This document shows, one piece after another, positions 45,723 through 55,653 of a stretch of DNA of 64,000 nucleotides (position 1 is the stretch's first letter; the number at the start of each line of letters is the position of its first letter). The translations under genes were made by a program, and so were the position numbers. The notes under the pieces were generated by a model. The model was not told the origin of the DNA. It saw only the letters and a program-made list of their open reading frames with translations, and searched no databases. This DNA comes from a virus, in the IMG/VR virus record IMGVR_UViG_3300033146_001917, positions 32,001 to 96,000 of that record; one strand, 5' to 3'.

Positions 45723-48700
45723 TAGAATAATGATCCTCGTGGTAAAATTTTCAACGCATAATCTTTGACTACTGGAGTAAAATAATTTCGTAATCCTGTT
45801 ATATTTTCGCGTGATTTTTTAACATATTTATAGTTAACAAGATAGTAAGGCGACATTCCAACTAAACCAAGTCGTGGTAATTGTGAACTTCTTAATATTT
45901 CATTGTCGTTAATACGTACAATTCGGTTCACAATATCTACCTGATATGAATTTGGATCTAATAATCTAGCAATGTTATATTCAATTCTATAATCGGAATA
46001 CTGATACTGAGCAGTAATGTTCCAAGACGAATTTATTTTTCGTTGTGTATAGACCTTACCTAATGAATAGTTAATTGAGAATAAACCATAATCAGATTCG
46101 TTTACATTGTTATAATAATATGTGATAGTTCCTACATTTATATTTAGATTATCTAAATATAACTCTATAGTATTATTGGCCCTATTAATTCGATATTCTT
46201 TATCTGAACTAGGCTCATAGCTAACTTCGCTAACAAATAGATTATCGTTAGAAAATACAACAGGATATGTATTGTCTAGTAGAATACGTTCTTTCAATGT
46301 GAATGTCTGGAGCCCACCTAAATGATCTGTCAATGATTCTTTTGTATCAGCAGCATGCATACCAAATTCTGATTTTCCATCAATATAAAGTATTTCTTTT
46401 AAGAATGGATTTTCATCAGTAGCTATAGCAGTTCCTGCATTAGTAACAGTAAAAATAACACTATCTCTAACTATATGTAGTGTAGGCAAATCAAATGCAT
46501 TGCTATTGTTATCAACAACAATATTTGTAGCTGTAGCATCTATAGTTTTCCAAACAGAATCATTAATAGAGATACTATCATGTAGCGTATCACTGGTAGT
46601 CCAATCCCAGTCATTATCACTCAACTTAAAAATAGGTTGATAAGTATAAGATACGGCTGTATCAATATCTGATGGTGTAGTATCACTAGAATATATGACT
46701 CCATTAGTCTTATCAATAGAGTATTGGCCAGATGCTAACTCTTCAGAACCGTTTATAAATTCGACTTTTGTTTTAGATGCAAAAAATGTAGATGATTCAA
46801 TCCCTGAAATATCAATTAAATTATCGTATGTAAGACGAATAATGGTTGCATGTTTAGAAATTAATTCAGTATGTTGGGTAATAATTCCATATTGTTTTAT
46901 AGCAATATCATGCTTATTGTTGCTAGTAGCATGATTTAGCTTAGCTACATATCCATCATCAGTACGAACGGGATTAAGTTTTTCTATATCTAACCACATA
47001 GTGATAGTTTGTTTTGAAGTAGGTATTTTGCCATTTGTACCATCTCCAAATTTTAATACACTATCTACATTATTGAATGTATACACTTCATCTGTGGTGG
47101 AATAATTAGATAATTCTTGTGTTGCATGAACCCATTCTTTGCCTCCTACAGCTATATGTAGCCATTCGGATGACGGAGCAGGAATAGTTATCCATTTATT
47201 GGAACGTAAAACTTTCTTATATGGGCGAGGATAATTTTTTATAGGGAGACGATATGTATTACTCTCGGAATTTTTTGCATCATAACTAATAAAATATGGT
47301 GTATCCGGTTTGCCACAACTACCATATAATGGATCTATAATAGATATGCTATTATCTACTGGTGCTTTCTCAAGAGAGAATTCATTAGGTGACGTGCCTG
47401 GAATAGAGTGAACTTCAATTCTATCTTCAATTATTTCTTTAAACGAAGAAGCTCCATCTAAAAAAGCATCATCCTTTCTATCTAATTGAATCTTAACACT
47501 AATGTCTTTAACAGTGCCTACAGTATTAATAGAATTTGGATCACTATTATTAAAATTTAATACTTCTGGTAATCCTACTGTACCAGTAACTCCATCTAGT
47601 TGTTGAGGTTGTATTTCGTACCAATTAGTTTTATCAGTAGAAATAAAATATCTAATAGATACTAATTCGGATAGCTCAATTGGATTCTGATTGCTATACA
47701 AGGATACTTTACTAATTGCATTTGGTACGCTAAAAGCAGTAGATATTAATTCGCCATGTGCTTCATACTGTAATCCCTGAACTATTATATCTCGTATTCC
47801 TATAGCATATCTAAGCTTTTCTCCTGAAGGCGTATCTATTGCATATGGTTCATCTTGTCTAAATAACAAATGTATATATTTAACCTGTCTAGGTGTGAAT
47901 GTATAGATTCCTTGACCGGCATATTTAGATGTAGCAGGAGCTAAAGTAAATGTATTATCTTCATCTATAGTTAAGAAACCATTGATAGGAATGTCATCTT
48001 TAATTGAAGTATATAGATCTCCATCTATAGATGTGTCTATAGCATCTATATGTACTACTGTACGAGTTCCGAAATTGTTTGGATTAATAGTGATATTATT
48101 TATTATTGTAGGTTTATCTAATACCAATGTCATACCTAGCTGTAATGCTGTATCAGAATCTGTAATTTTATCTACAACATTTTCATACTCTACCCATGTA
48201 TCTGGATTGTTATCCAAGATGGTTGTTGTGTCTCCGTTAAAAACAGATCCTAATTGTTGATTATTTCCTAATACTCCATTTGATATTGAATCTATAATTG
48301 GAATTTTAGTTATCTTAATAATTGCATCTGTATCTTTATTCACTGGCAGAGTTACTATACCCTCTGCTTGATTTATCGCACATTGATTAGTGTTGAGTGG
48401 TACAACATTGTCTATTCTGCTTAGATTATTGAAACTTTCTTGAAACAAAATTACATCTTTTACTGGATGTTGGGCGTACAACATGTAATCGCCCAGCTTA
48501 GAGGCTATTGACTTTAATCTAGCAGTTAGCCTATTAGACTCTGTTATAACATAGTTAAAATTCTCTACTGTAAGACTTTCTGTATTTTCTATTTCAGAAA
48601 AAATAATTGTTAGATCGTCTAACAGGTTATTCCAAAGTGTATTATATATTGTAATGTCTGGTAATTGATCAGCAGATACATTAGAGATAGATGTTATTGG

Positions 48701-48874
48701 AGTATCTAATGTAGCATAGAATGTTTCAAGGATACGCACCGCCTCTAAAAAAAAACCTTCTTCAGTTTGAAATTCACTAGATTTAAGACTGCTTTGAAGC
48801 GTAACAGAAAGCTTATCTAATTTTTTTTTCAACAATATGCTTTTATCTTTAATAAAATTTTTGTTAGCAGGCAT
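45722..48874 (-). CDS. Virion structural protein (baseplate wedge-like)
   Basis: 1050 aa; LKFGDGTNGKIP wedge-type motif; YSIDKTNGVI repeats. Confidence 0.7.
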   Translation of the reverse strand: MPANKNFIKDKSILLKKKLDKLSVTLQSSLKSSEFQTEEGFFLEAVRILETFYATLDTPITSISNVSADQLPDITIYNTLWNNLLDDLTIIFSEIENTESLTVENFNYVITESNRLTARLKSIASKLGDYMLYAQHPVKDVILFQESFNNLSRIDNVVPLNTNQCAINQAEGIVTLPVNKDTDAIIKITKIPIIDSISNGVLGNNQQLGSVFNGDTTTILDNNPDTWVEYENVVDKITDSDTALQLGMTLVLDKPTIINNITINPNNFGTRTVVHIDAIDTSIDGDLYTSIKDDIPINGFLTIDEDNTFTLAPATSKYAGQGIYTFTPRQVKYIHLLFRQDEPYAIDTPSGEKLRYAIGIRDIIVQGLQYEAHGELISTAFSVPNAISKVSLYSNQNPIELSELVSIRYFISTDKTNWYEIQPQQLDGVTGTVGLPEVLNFNNSDPNSINTVGTVKDISVKIQLDRKDDAFLDGASSFKEIIEDRIEVHSIPGTSPNEFSLEKAPVDNSISIIDPLYGSCGKPDTPYFISYDAKNSESNTYRLPIKNYPRPYKKVLRSNKWITIPAPSSEWLHIAVGGKEWVHATQELSNYSTTDEVYTFNNVDSVLKFGDGTNGKIPTSKQTITMWLDIEKLNPVRTDDGYVAKLNHATSNNKHDIAIKQYGIITQHTELISKHATIIRLTYDNLIDISGIESSTFFASKTKVEFINGSEELASGQYSIDKTNGVIYSSDTTPSDIDTAVSYTYQPIFKLSDNDWDWTTSDTLHDSISINDSVWKTIDATATNIVVDNNSNAFDLPTLHIVRDSVIFTVTNAGTAIATDENPFLKEILYIDGKSEFGMHAADTKESLTDHLGGLQTFTLKERILLDNTYPVVFSNDNLFVSEVSYEPSSDKEYRINRANNTIELYLDNLNINVGTITYYYNNVNESDYGLFSINYSLGKVYTQRKINSSWNITAQYQYSDYRIEYNIARLLDPNSYQVDIVNRIVRINDNEILRSSQLPRLGLVGMSPYYLVNYKYVKKSRENITGLRNYFTPVVKDYALKILPRGSLF

Positions 48875-48875
48875 A

Positions 48876-50864
48876 CTAATCCTCGAATCTGGTTAAACTT
48901 TTTTCACTACCTAGCAAGGTGTAATTTTCAAGAACAGAGGTGTATAATGTAGCAGATGAGTTCTGTCTTTGTATCACTATTAAAAAATATTGTGACGAAT
49001 CGTCTTGACTATCAATAGTAATTAACTGTCCTCGATTACATCTGATTGATAAATCACCTATCATATCAACTACTTGTAGTCCAGTTTCAGATAAAAATTC
49101 CCCATATGGAGGATTGGGAACTGACATTGTGGTAGATGTTACGGGCGTGTAAGAAGCAGTATAGATATCATTAGGTAACTGACCAACAATTTGAATATTC
49201 ATGCTCATTGGAGATGAATTATTAGGTGTCCTGTTAGCAGCAGTATTTACATTAGTCTGTTTCCAACCTACAGTAGCTAGTGCATCGTTATCGATATTTG
49301 GCAATATAACGCCATTGCAATAAATGCATATATTGCTATCTGTCATTGTTGAATAGAAAATCAGTTTACCAATATCATTACTTGTTTTGTGTATATCACT
49401 TTTTTGGGTTAAAAGTAAACGTTCATGATGTATTCTACTTACCCCAAGAGGAAGTATTGGGAATACATCTAGAGGTGTGTGTTTGTTCTTAGTACTTTTT
49501 TTGTAAACCCAATATTCTAAACTAGATAAATACACATTAGTATCTACAGAATCATAAGTTGTACTACTATACGAAAATTGATTAGTATTAAAATCAACAA
49601 TAGGACGTTTTTCCGTTGTTCGTAAACCAAGTTGGCCATTGCCTTCTAATTGCAAAGGTTTAGATACGTAAATACCACGTGATCCATATTGAACTGTACC
49701 AATTCGTATATTATCAAATCCAATATTAAATTTATATCCACTGATGAGACCAGGATTAAAAGGTGTTATTCCTGCAACAGTTTTTACATTTGCTGAAGAT
49801 ATAACTGGATCTAATATACTATTAGATCGTGCCTGGGTAGATACTTCAGTAAGATTGTTGGTAGAGCTGCTATACATAGTGTCATAATTAATATTTCGAA
49901 ATGTAAGTAGTATTTTGCGAGTTTGTGTTTGAGGTATCTGAACACTAACAAAAGACTTTATTGATTGTTCAACAATAGGTATTGCCACGTAGACATTAGA
50001 TGTATTTAAATAATGAATTGCTTCTAGTATAATATCATGTTCTGAAATACTTTCTATTTCAATAGAATTAATATCTTTAGGAATACCAAGGTCAAATTCT
50101 AACTTAGATTTAATATAAGGAACAGCCGTAGATAAAATTATAGACTGTTGCCAATAAGTTCCATCTTGATTATCTATAATTGACGCTATTGCATTATCGT
50201 TTGTTTCAATAATGTTATTACTTTGAGGACATGATTCATCAAATATTTGTTCTACATTAACTATAGAATAATTAGTTTTTTGTTTTACAGGTAGTGTTAA
50301 GCGTTCACCAACTAGATCTATATTGCTATTCTCAACAGGCAAGATCACTTCTTGTAATCGTGGATCTATAAAAAGACCAGTGGTGCTATTTTCTCTAACT
50401 GTGCTTTCTCCAGTTGCTTCTCGAAAAGTAGAAAATATAGCTTGTGAAAATCCATGTGTATTTTTGTTAAGTATTTCATATAATGATATTCTAGATTCTA
50501 ATTCGCTAAGACTAGTGTAAATATTTTTTAAAATAATATCTCGAACTAATGCATGATGTGCTTGCTGGACATCGTTTATATTATTGGCTTCTTCAAAAGA
50601 AGCTATTAAATCATCTTGAACTCGATCTAACATAAAATTAAATTGAGCCGAATCAATAATGTCTCCCTGTTTAGGGATATATAATTTAAGTAATGGTTGC
50701 AATAAAGTGCCAGTCAACTCACGAATTAGATTATTTAATTCTTGCGAAAAAGTATCAATGCTACGTATTTCTCCTATATTTTTCTTCTTTTCAAGAAGCT
50801 TGATTATCTGAGTAGCTTGACGACCTTTAATAGAACCATTGAATTTTGTTAGATATTTAGTCAC
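48876..50864 (-). CDS. Virion structural protein
   Basis: 662 aa; N-terminal module shared with neighbours. Confidence 0.65.
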   Translation of the reverse strand: MTKYLTKFNGSIKGRQATQIIKLLEKKKNIGEIRSIDTFSQELNNLIRELTGTLLQPLLKLYIPKQGDIIDSAQFNFMLDRVQDDLIASFEEANNINDVQQAHHALVRDIILKNIYTSLSELESRISLYEILNKNTHGFSQAIFSTFREATGESTVRENSTTGLFIDPRLQEVILPVENSNIDLVGERLTLPVKQKTNYSIVNVEQIFDESCPQSNNIIETNDNAIASIIDNQDGTYWQQSIILSTAVPYIKSKLEFDLGIPKDINSIEIESISEHDIILEAIHYLNTSNVYVAIPIVEQSIKSFVSVQIPQTQTRKILLTFRNINYDTMYSSSTNNLTEVSTQARSNSILDPVISSANVKTVAGITPFNPGLISGYKFNIGFDNIRIGTVQYGSRGIYVSKPLQLEGNGQLGLRTTEKRPIVDFNTNQFSYSSTTYDSVDTNVYLSSLEYWVYKKSTKNKHTPLDVFPILPLGVSRIHHERLLLTQKSDIHKTSNDIGKLIFYSTMTDSNICIYCNGVILPNIDNDALATVGWKQTNVNTAANRTPNNSSPMSMNIQIVGQLPNDIYTASYTPVTSTTMSVPNPPYGEFLSETGLQVVDMIGDLSIRCNRGQLITIDSQDDSSQYFLIVIQRQNSSATLYTSVLENYTLLGSEKSLTRFED

Positions 50865-51349
50865 TAGATTTTCCTTTTTGAAAAGTACCAGTGAACTTTG
50901 TCTTGTTTGATATTATATTCTAAAACCAACCATTGTCCTATTTCAGATTTGGAGATGTGAATTTTAAATGATTCTTTAAATGCATTCGTGTCCTGAGACA
51001 AAATTTTCAACATGGTACAAATATTAGATTGATATACTATTATTATTTTATCTTTGGCCGTAATACGTCTTTCTATACGTCTAACAATACGTTCAGCATT
51101 AGATTCAGGTATGGTCACTTCAAAATCATCTGATTGCCAATATTTTCCAAAACCTATAATTTGGATATTTTGTGCATTATGTGCAATTGATACACTTTGA
51201 ATATTTTTGAGACAACCATGTGACCAACTAGCATGTTTTAATGTAACACAGTCATCACAACCACATTCAGATGTTCCATCTCTGAATTGTTTAGTCCATC
51301 CGTTAGCTTGTCCATGTAAAACGTAATTTTTGTTCAAATTGTCTAACAC
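50864..51349 (-). CDS. Hypothetical protein
   Basis: 161-aa ORF, start uncertain. Confidence 0.55.
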   Translation of the reverse strand: MLDNLNKNYVLHGQANGWTKQFRDGTSECGCDDCVTLKHASWSHGCLKNIQSVSIAHNAQNIQIIGFGKYWQSDDFEVTIPESNAERIVRRIERRITAKDKIIIVYQSNICTMLKILSQDTNAFKESFKIHISKSEIGQWLVLEYNIKQDKVHWYFSKRKI

Positions 51350-51833
51350 CTGTTGTCCCCGCAGTAACTGGCACTTGTATACGACATCTAAAGGTTGGCC
51401 ACACAGTGCAGCTTGGTGGAATCACACCATTAGATATCATCTTTGGTGTAGAGTTCATAGTTTTATTTAATTGTATCGGATGATCTTCATCGCCACGTAT
51501 AGATCTAAATGTGTTTAATTTATTATTAACAGAAGGCCAATCCGCCGATGGAAAATTATCTAATGCGTTCATATTGATTTGTAAACCACCGAAATCATCA
51601 CTAGACGTAGCATCACCCCATGACAATACTTCAGCTAAATCAGTTTGCGCAGTTGCGTCTCCAGAATAAGTTTCACGTTCACTTATGTAAAAAGCACAAT
51701 TAGTTAAAGCATTGCTGCTATCGTGCTGAATTGATATAGTGCGAACATTGGATAATGTTCCATATGCCACATCACCGTGATTCAAATACGAAATTCCAAC
51801 TGAGCTTTCTATCCAAGTGATTTGAATACTCAT
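51303..51833 (-). CDS. Putative structural protein
   Basis: 176 aa, beta-rich, TAATG-coupled. Confidence 0.6.
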   Translation of the reverse strand: MSIQITWIESSVGISYLNHGDVAYGTLSNVRTISIQHDSSNALTNCAFYISERETYSGDATAQTDLAEVLSWGDATSSDDFGGLQINMNALDNFPSADWPSVNNKLNTFRSIRGDEDHPIQLNKTMNSTPKMISNGVIPPSCTVWPTFRCRIQVPVTAGTTGVRQFEQKLRFTWTS

Positions 51834-53791
51834 TATGGTACCTCAGTTACATTAATACTATGAGCTAGAGAACTTGTATTTTGGATCCGTATCCCAGTTG
51901 TACTTATTTGAATTACTCGTACTAGATTTCCAAATGGACCTAATATTAAATCTTTTGAATTTCCTATTACTTGTTCTGGATGTGGATAGAAGATGCCTGC
52001 TTGTTCTTCTCCAGCTATCACAGTCACATAATATAATGTTCCACTATTTAGTCCAGTAAGACTATACTTATTACCTAATTCGGAGTGATTTAAAGGTGTT
52101 GTATTAGAAAGAGTCCAATACTTATTTGGATTTGTAGAGTAATATATATTGTATTTAATATTAGTAGCATATTCAATTTGATCTGCAGTTGTAAACTGCC
52201 ATATATCACCTGGCACACTAGCACCTGGAGCTTTAACTGTTATTTTCCAATAATAAGTTGTGTTATTGTCTAATTTGGTTGGCCACGGAGAAGGATCGTA
52301 TGTGTATTCAGTCTGTTCACCTTGGTACGTTCCTCCTGTTCCGTTAGAAACTTCTATTGCGTTTGTGCCAAAATATACATCATATGATTCGCCGTTAGGA
52401 TCTGGGTCCCACGATAACTTAGTATTTGTATCAATATCGATAGCATTGTTAATTGGACTAGGATTAGTTACCTTTTCCATATTAACTTTACATTTTAATC
52501 CAACTAGAATAGAAGCCCATGTCTCATTCCAGGTTTGTTGCATTTCGGTATGATATACATCAGCTTGTATAGCAGCATATTCCAATACATTTATTTGTTT
52601 ATAAGGAGAGCAACCTCCTACACCGTATGTTATACAAGCAAAATCATTTGTAGGATTAAAGCTATAAAATGGATTATTACTATTACCATCTACATTACAC
52701 ACAAAGGCAACTAAAACTTCATTAGCCTGTATAGTTGGAGAGGTGTTTCCAGTAGAGATATTGACATTCGTACCTGTATTAGTTTTGGTTACATCTACAA
52801 CTGCTAGTCCATTAGCAGTTAAATTATCATAAACTATAGCGGCACATGATATGTTAGTATTATTGCTTGTAGCTACAGAAATAGTGTTTCCCGCATTACG
52901 ACCTACTGTACCTATCCAAGCTTCTGCTCTAATACCGCTTTCACCAGATCCAATTTCGGTATGTGTTATCTTTTCCCATGTTACACCAGTTTGGGAAACT
53001 CCTGTTATAGTTCTATTTTGGTCACAGTTTGTACCAAGAATAATAGTTTGTTCATATTCAGGTGTTACATCTAAATTAAATGAAAAAGGTGATCCGCCGC
53101 AATGCCCAAAACTACTGTTGACACAAATACGTTTTACAGGATTCGCACGGGCATTATTTGCTTTAAAGGTTACAAGTCCAACTGGTGATGGTCTATCTAG
53201 ATAAACCTTACTGCGAGGCCAAAAAATTGGTGTTTTCCAATTATCAAGATAAAGATTAGATCTACTAGTTCCGATTATTTGATCTACTAATTGTAAATTT
53301 TCATAAGTTTTGTTGTCGTGAATTGATGAATTATATGGATGACCAATACCACATATTACTAGATCACCTGCTGCAGATGTTAGCTCAAAATTAGGATCAA
53401 CTTTACCGTCTACCTGGTATGCGTTTGTACCATCATGAAATCCAGATAAATCTAACGGATCAGATGAATACTGAATACCAGAGTATTCTGATATTATTAC
53501 ACTTGCTTCTTCTGCTGTACTGCTACGATAAACTTCAATTGAAGTCCCTGCATTGTCTGGTATGTTATAAGCATAAAAGATAGCTATAGCTATATTGTTA
53601 TAATATCTATCACCAGCTCGTATCCATGTAACATTTGTTTGCCCATGTGGAGCGTCTAAATTGACACCACCTTGATAATACTGAACTACAGCAACAAGTA
53701 AGTTGTGTTCAGCTAATGGGCCTGTCCAATTGATGGTAACAGTATCACCTGAAAACGAAGCATGCTGGGTATGTTCACGTATTATTGTCAT
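51833..53791 (-). CDS. Structural protein with two repeated beta domains and FN3-like domains
   Basis: Two ~220-aa related modules (QTNVTW / QTGVTW), then LSWDP..SYDVYFG, TTYYWKI, LNSGTLYYV; start at TAATG overlap. Confidence 0.72.
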   Translation of the reverse strand: MTIIREHTQHASFSGDTVTINWTGPLAEHNLLVAVVQYYQGGVNLDAPHGQTNVTWIRAGDRYYNNIAIAIFYAYNIPDNAGTSIEVYRSSTAEEASVIISEYSGIQYSSDPLDLSGFHDGTNAYQVDGKVDPNFELTSAAGDLVICGIGHPYNSSIHDNKTYENLQLVDQIIGTSRSNLYLDNWKTPIFWPRSKVYLDRPSPVGLVTFKANNARANPVKRICVNSSFGHCGGSPFSFNLDVTPEYEQTIILGTNCDQNRTITGVSQTGVTWEKITHTEIGSGESGIRAEAWIGTVGRNAGNTISVATSNNTNISCAAIVYDNLTANGLAVVDVTKTNTGTNVNISTGNTSPTIQANEVLVAFVCNVDGNSNNPFYSFNPTNDFACITYGVGGCSPYKQINVLEYAAIQADVYHTEMQQTWNETWASILVGLKCKVNMEKVTNPSPINNAIDIDTNTKLSWDPDPNGESYDVYFGTNAIEVSNGTGGTYQGEQTEYTYDPSPWPTKLDNNTTYYWKITVKAPGASVPGDIWQFTTADQIEYATNIKYNIYYSTNPNKYWTLSNTTPLNHSELGNKYSLTGLNSGTLYYVTVIAGEEQAGIFYPHPEQVIGNSKDLILGPFGNLVRVIQISTTGIRIQNTSSLAHSINVTEVP

Positions 53792-55653
53792 TACACTATG
53801 CCGGTCCAATTAATAGTAATTGTACTTGAAGATTGTTCGATATTGTCAATAGTAATATCAGTACTATATAATCGAATTAAAGCATATGTACCTAATGCGG
53901 TATGATTATTAACAATAGCCCTAATTTGCTCTGATGTAAATGTCGTATCTTGTATAATATCTGCAGGAATTTCAACTAGATACGAAGCATTTCCTGGGTA
54001 TGGGATACCATCCCATGTACTTATATCCCAGTACCAACCTACATCTGGTTGCATCGCACGTGCAGACTTTATTTGGTTACTAATTATTCCACCACCACGA
54101 ATACGAGAATCTATAGTGGTAAGATTAGGAATAGATCCACTAGATGTTACTGTTACATCACCAAGTACTAAATAGTTACCAGTACCAGAAGTAGATAAGC
54201 TATCTGTAAATATTATAGCCGGAGTGCTAGTATCCCAGGATGGTTGACTATCGTAATATAAAAAATTATCAGTATTATATTTCTGAGTAGAATTATTAAA
54301 GTTAGGTAGGTCAGATACTTCTACACGTCCAGCATCATTTACTAGTAAATAAAATATTGTTTTATTTTTGTGTAGCATTTGGGTATCAGGATCAATAAAG
54401 ATAACTAATCTATATTTAAGTATGTCAGGATTAATAATTGGATTTAATTCAATAGCTGTAAATTCGTAATTCACTTCCTCGAAATAATACTTGCTATTAA
54501 TTTTCCATGTATCTAATAGTTCTAATCCATCAATACTTACAAAGCCTGTTTTATTATCTATACTTCGTATTCCAATACGATCTCTATTGTTCCATATTAT
54601 AAATGGTTTACCATTGGTAGCTATTACGCCATCTTGTGTAGGATCTGTAGTAAAGGCTATAATACCGTTATCGTCTGAGTCATTTATTTCTATAGAGAGA
54701 AAGAGATCCGCGTAGAAATTTTTTCTATCTAACTTGATAAGATTCGAAGATATCATTAGTGATACTTCTTCAGAGTATTTATATGGATACACAGGAGAAA
54801 ATGATTGAGAAAGAAACTCCGCCAAATAATATTTATATAGAGTACTGTTTACATGTGTCAAAAATGACCCATTAGATATATTAACATGCCAACTATCTTC
54901 TACTTCGTTTGTAGCTGATGGTAGAATTGCGATACGTCTGTCGGCTGTAGCCTTGTAACTATATGTATTACTAATTGGTAATTCAATTAGATATACATTA
55001 CTAGATTCAGAGATAAGGTATACTTTTCTTCCATCTGTTTTTATATGAAGTGTAGAGTCAAGATCTGAGAACTGGGCAACTTGGTATGTATTGATATTGT
55101 TTAATAAATCTATATAAGTGTTTACTTCATTTGATACATCTCGTACAACATATTTAATATAATAGACAGCCCAATCATCTTGGGAATATGAAGATATGAG
55201 ATTGTTGTAAACAATCCCCTTTTCATAATCTATTTTTATATCTGTAGGATTAATTTTAGTTTGATTTTTATCCAACACTTCGACTTGTACTAATCTAATT
55301 CCGGTAGATATATTTCCAGATGAATCTCTATCTAAATTTAATATATGTTTAGAGAATAAAGGTAACGGTGGAATTGTTGCAGTTGAGTTACAATATATAT
55401 CTGTTATAGCTAGATTAGATGTTTTACTAGTAAATGTTTTTGTATTAGATATAACAGTGTATTCATGTTGCACTACTCTATTAGCAGCTAAAGAAGAAGC
55501 GCGATCCGCCACAGAAATATTTTTTTCTGCGGAGAGTCCTTCGTTCCCTACATATAAAATATTAACATCTCCATTAGATATACTATTTTTATATCTAATG
55601 TTTTCTCTACGTTTAATTATGTTAATAAATGTATCTATATTGTAGGTAACCAT
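53791..55653 (-). CDS. Virion structural protein
   Basis: 620 aa; DSRIRGGG, WDISTWDGIPYPG motif; starts MVTYNIDT. Confidence 0.68.
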   Translation of the reverse strand: MVTYNIDTFINIIKRRENIRYKNSISNGDVNILYVGNEGLSAEKNISVADRASSLAANRVVQHEYTVISNTKTFTSKTSNLAITDIYCNSTATIPPLPLFSKHILNLDRDSSGNISTGIRLVQVEVLDKNQTKINPTDIKIDYEKGIVYNNLISSYSQDDWAVYYIKYVVRDVSNEVNTYIDLLNNINTYQVAQFSDLDSTLHIKTDGRKVYLISESSNVYLIELPISNTYSYKATADRRIAILPSATNEVEDSWHVNISNGSFLTHVNSTLYKYYLAEFLSQSFSPVYPYKYSEEVSLMISSNLIKLDRKNFYADLFLSIEINDSDDNGIIAFTTDPTQDGVIATNGKPFIIWNNRDRIGIRSIDNKTGFVSIDGLELLDTWKINSKYYFEEVNYEFTAIELNPIINPDILKYRLVIFIDPDTQMLHKNKTIFYLLVNDAGRVEVSDLPNFNNSTQKYNTDNFLYYDSQPSWDTSTPAIIFTDSLSTSGTGNYLVLGDVTVTSSGSIPNLTTIDSRIRGGGIISNQIKSARAMQPDVGWYWDISTWDGIPYPGNASYLVEIPADIIQDTTFTSEQIRAIVNNHTALGTYALIRLYSTDITIDNIEQSSSTITINWTGIV

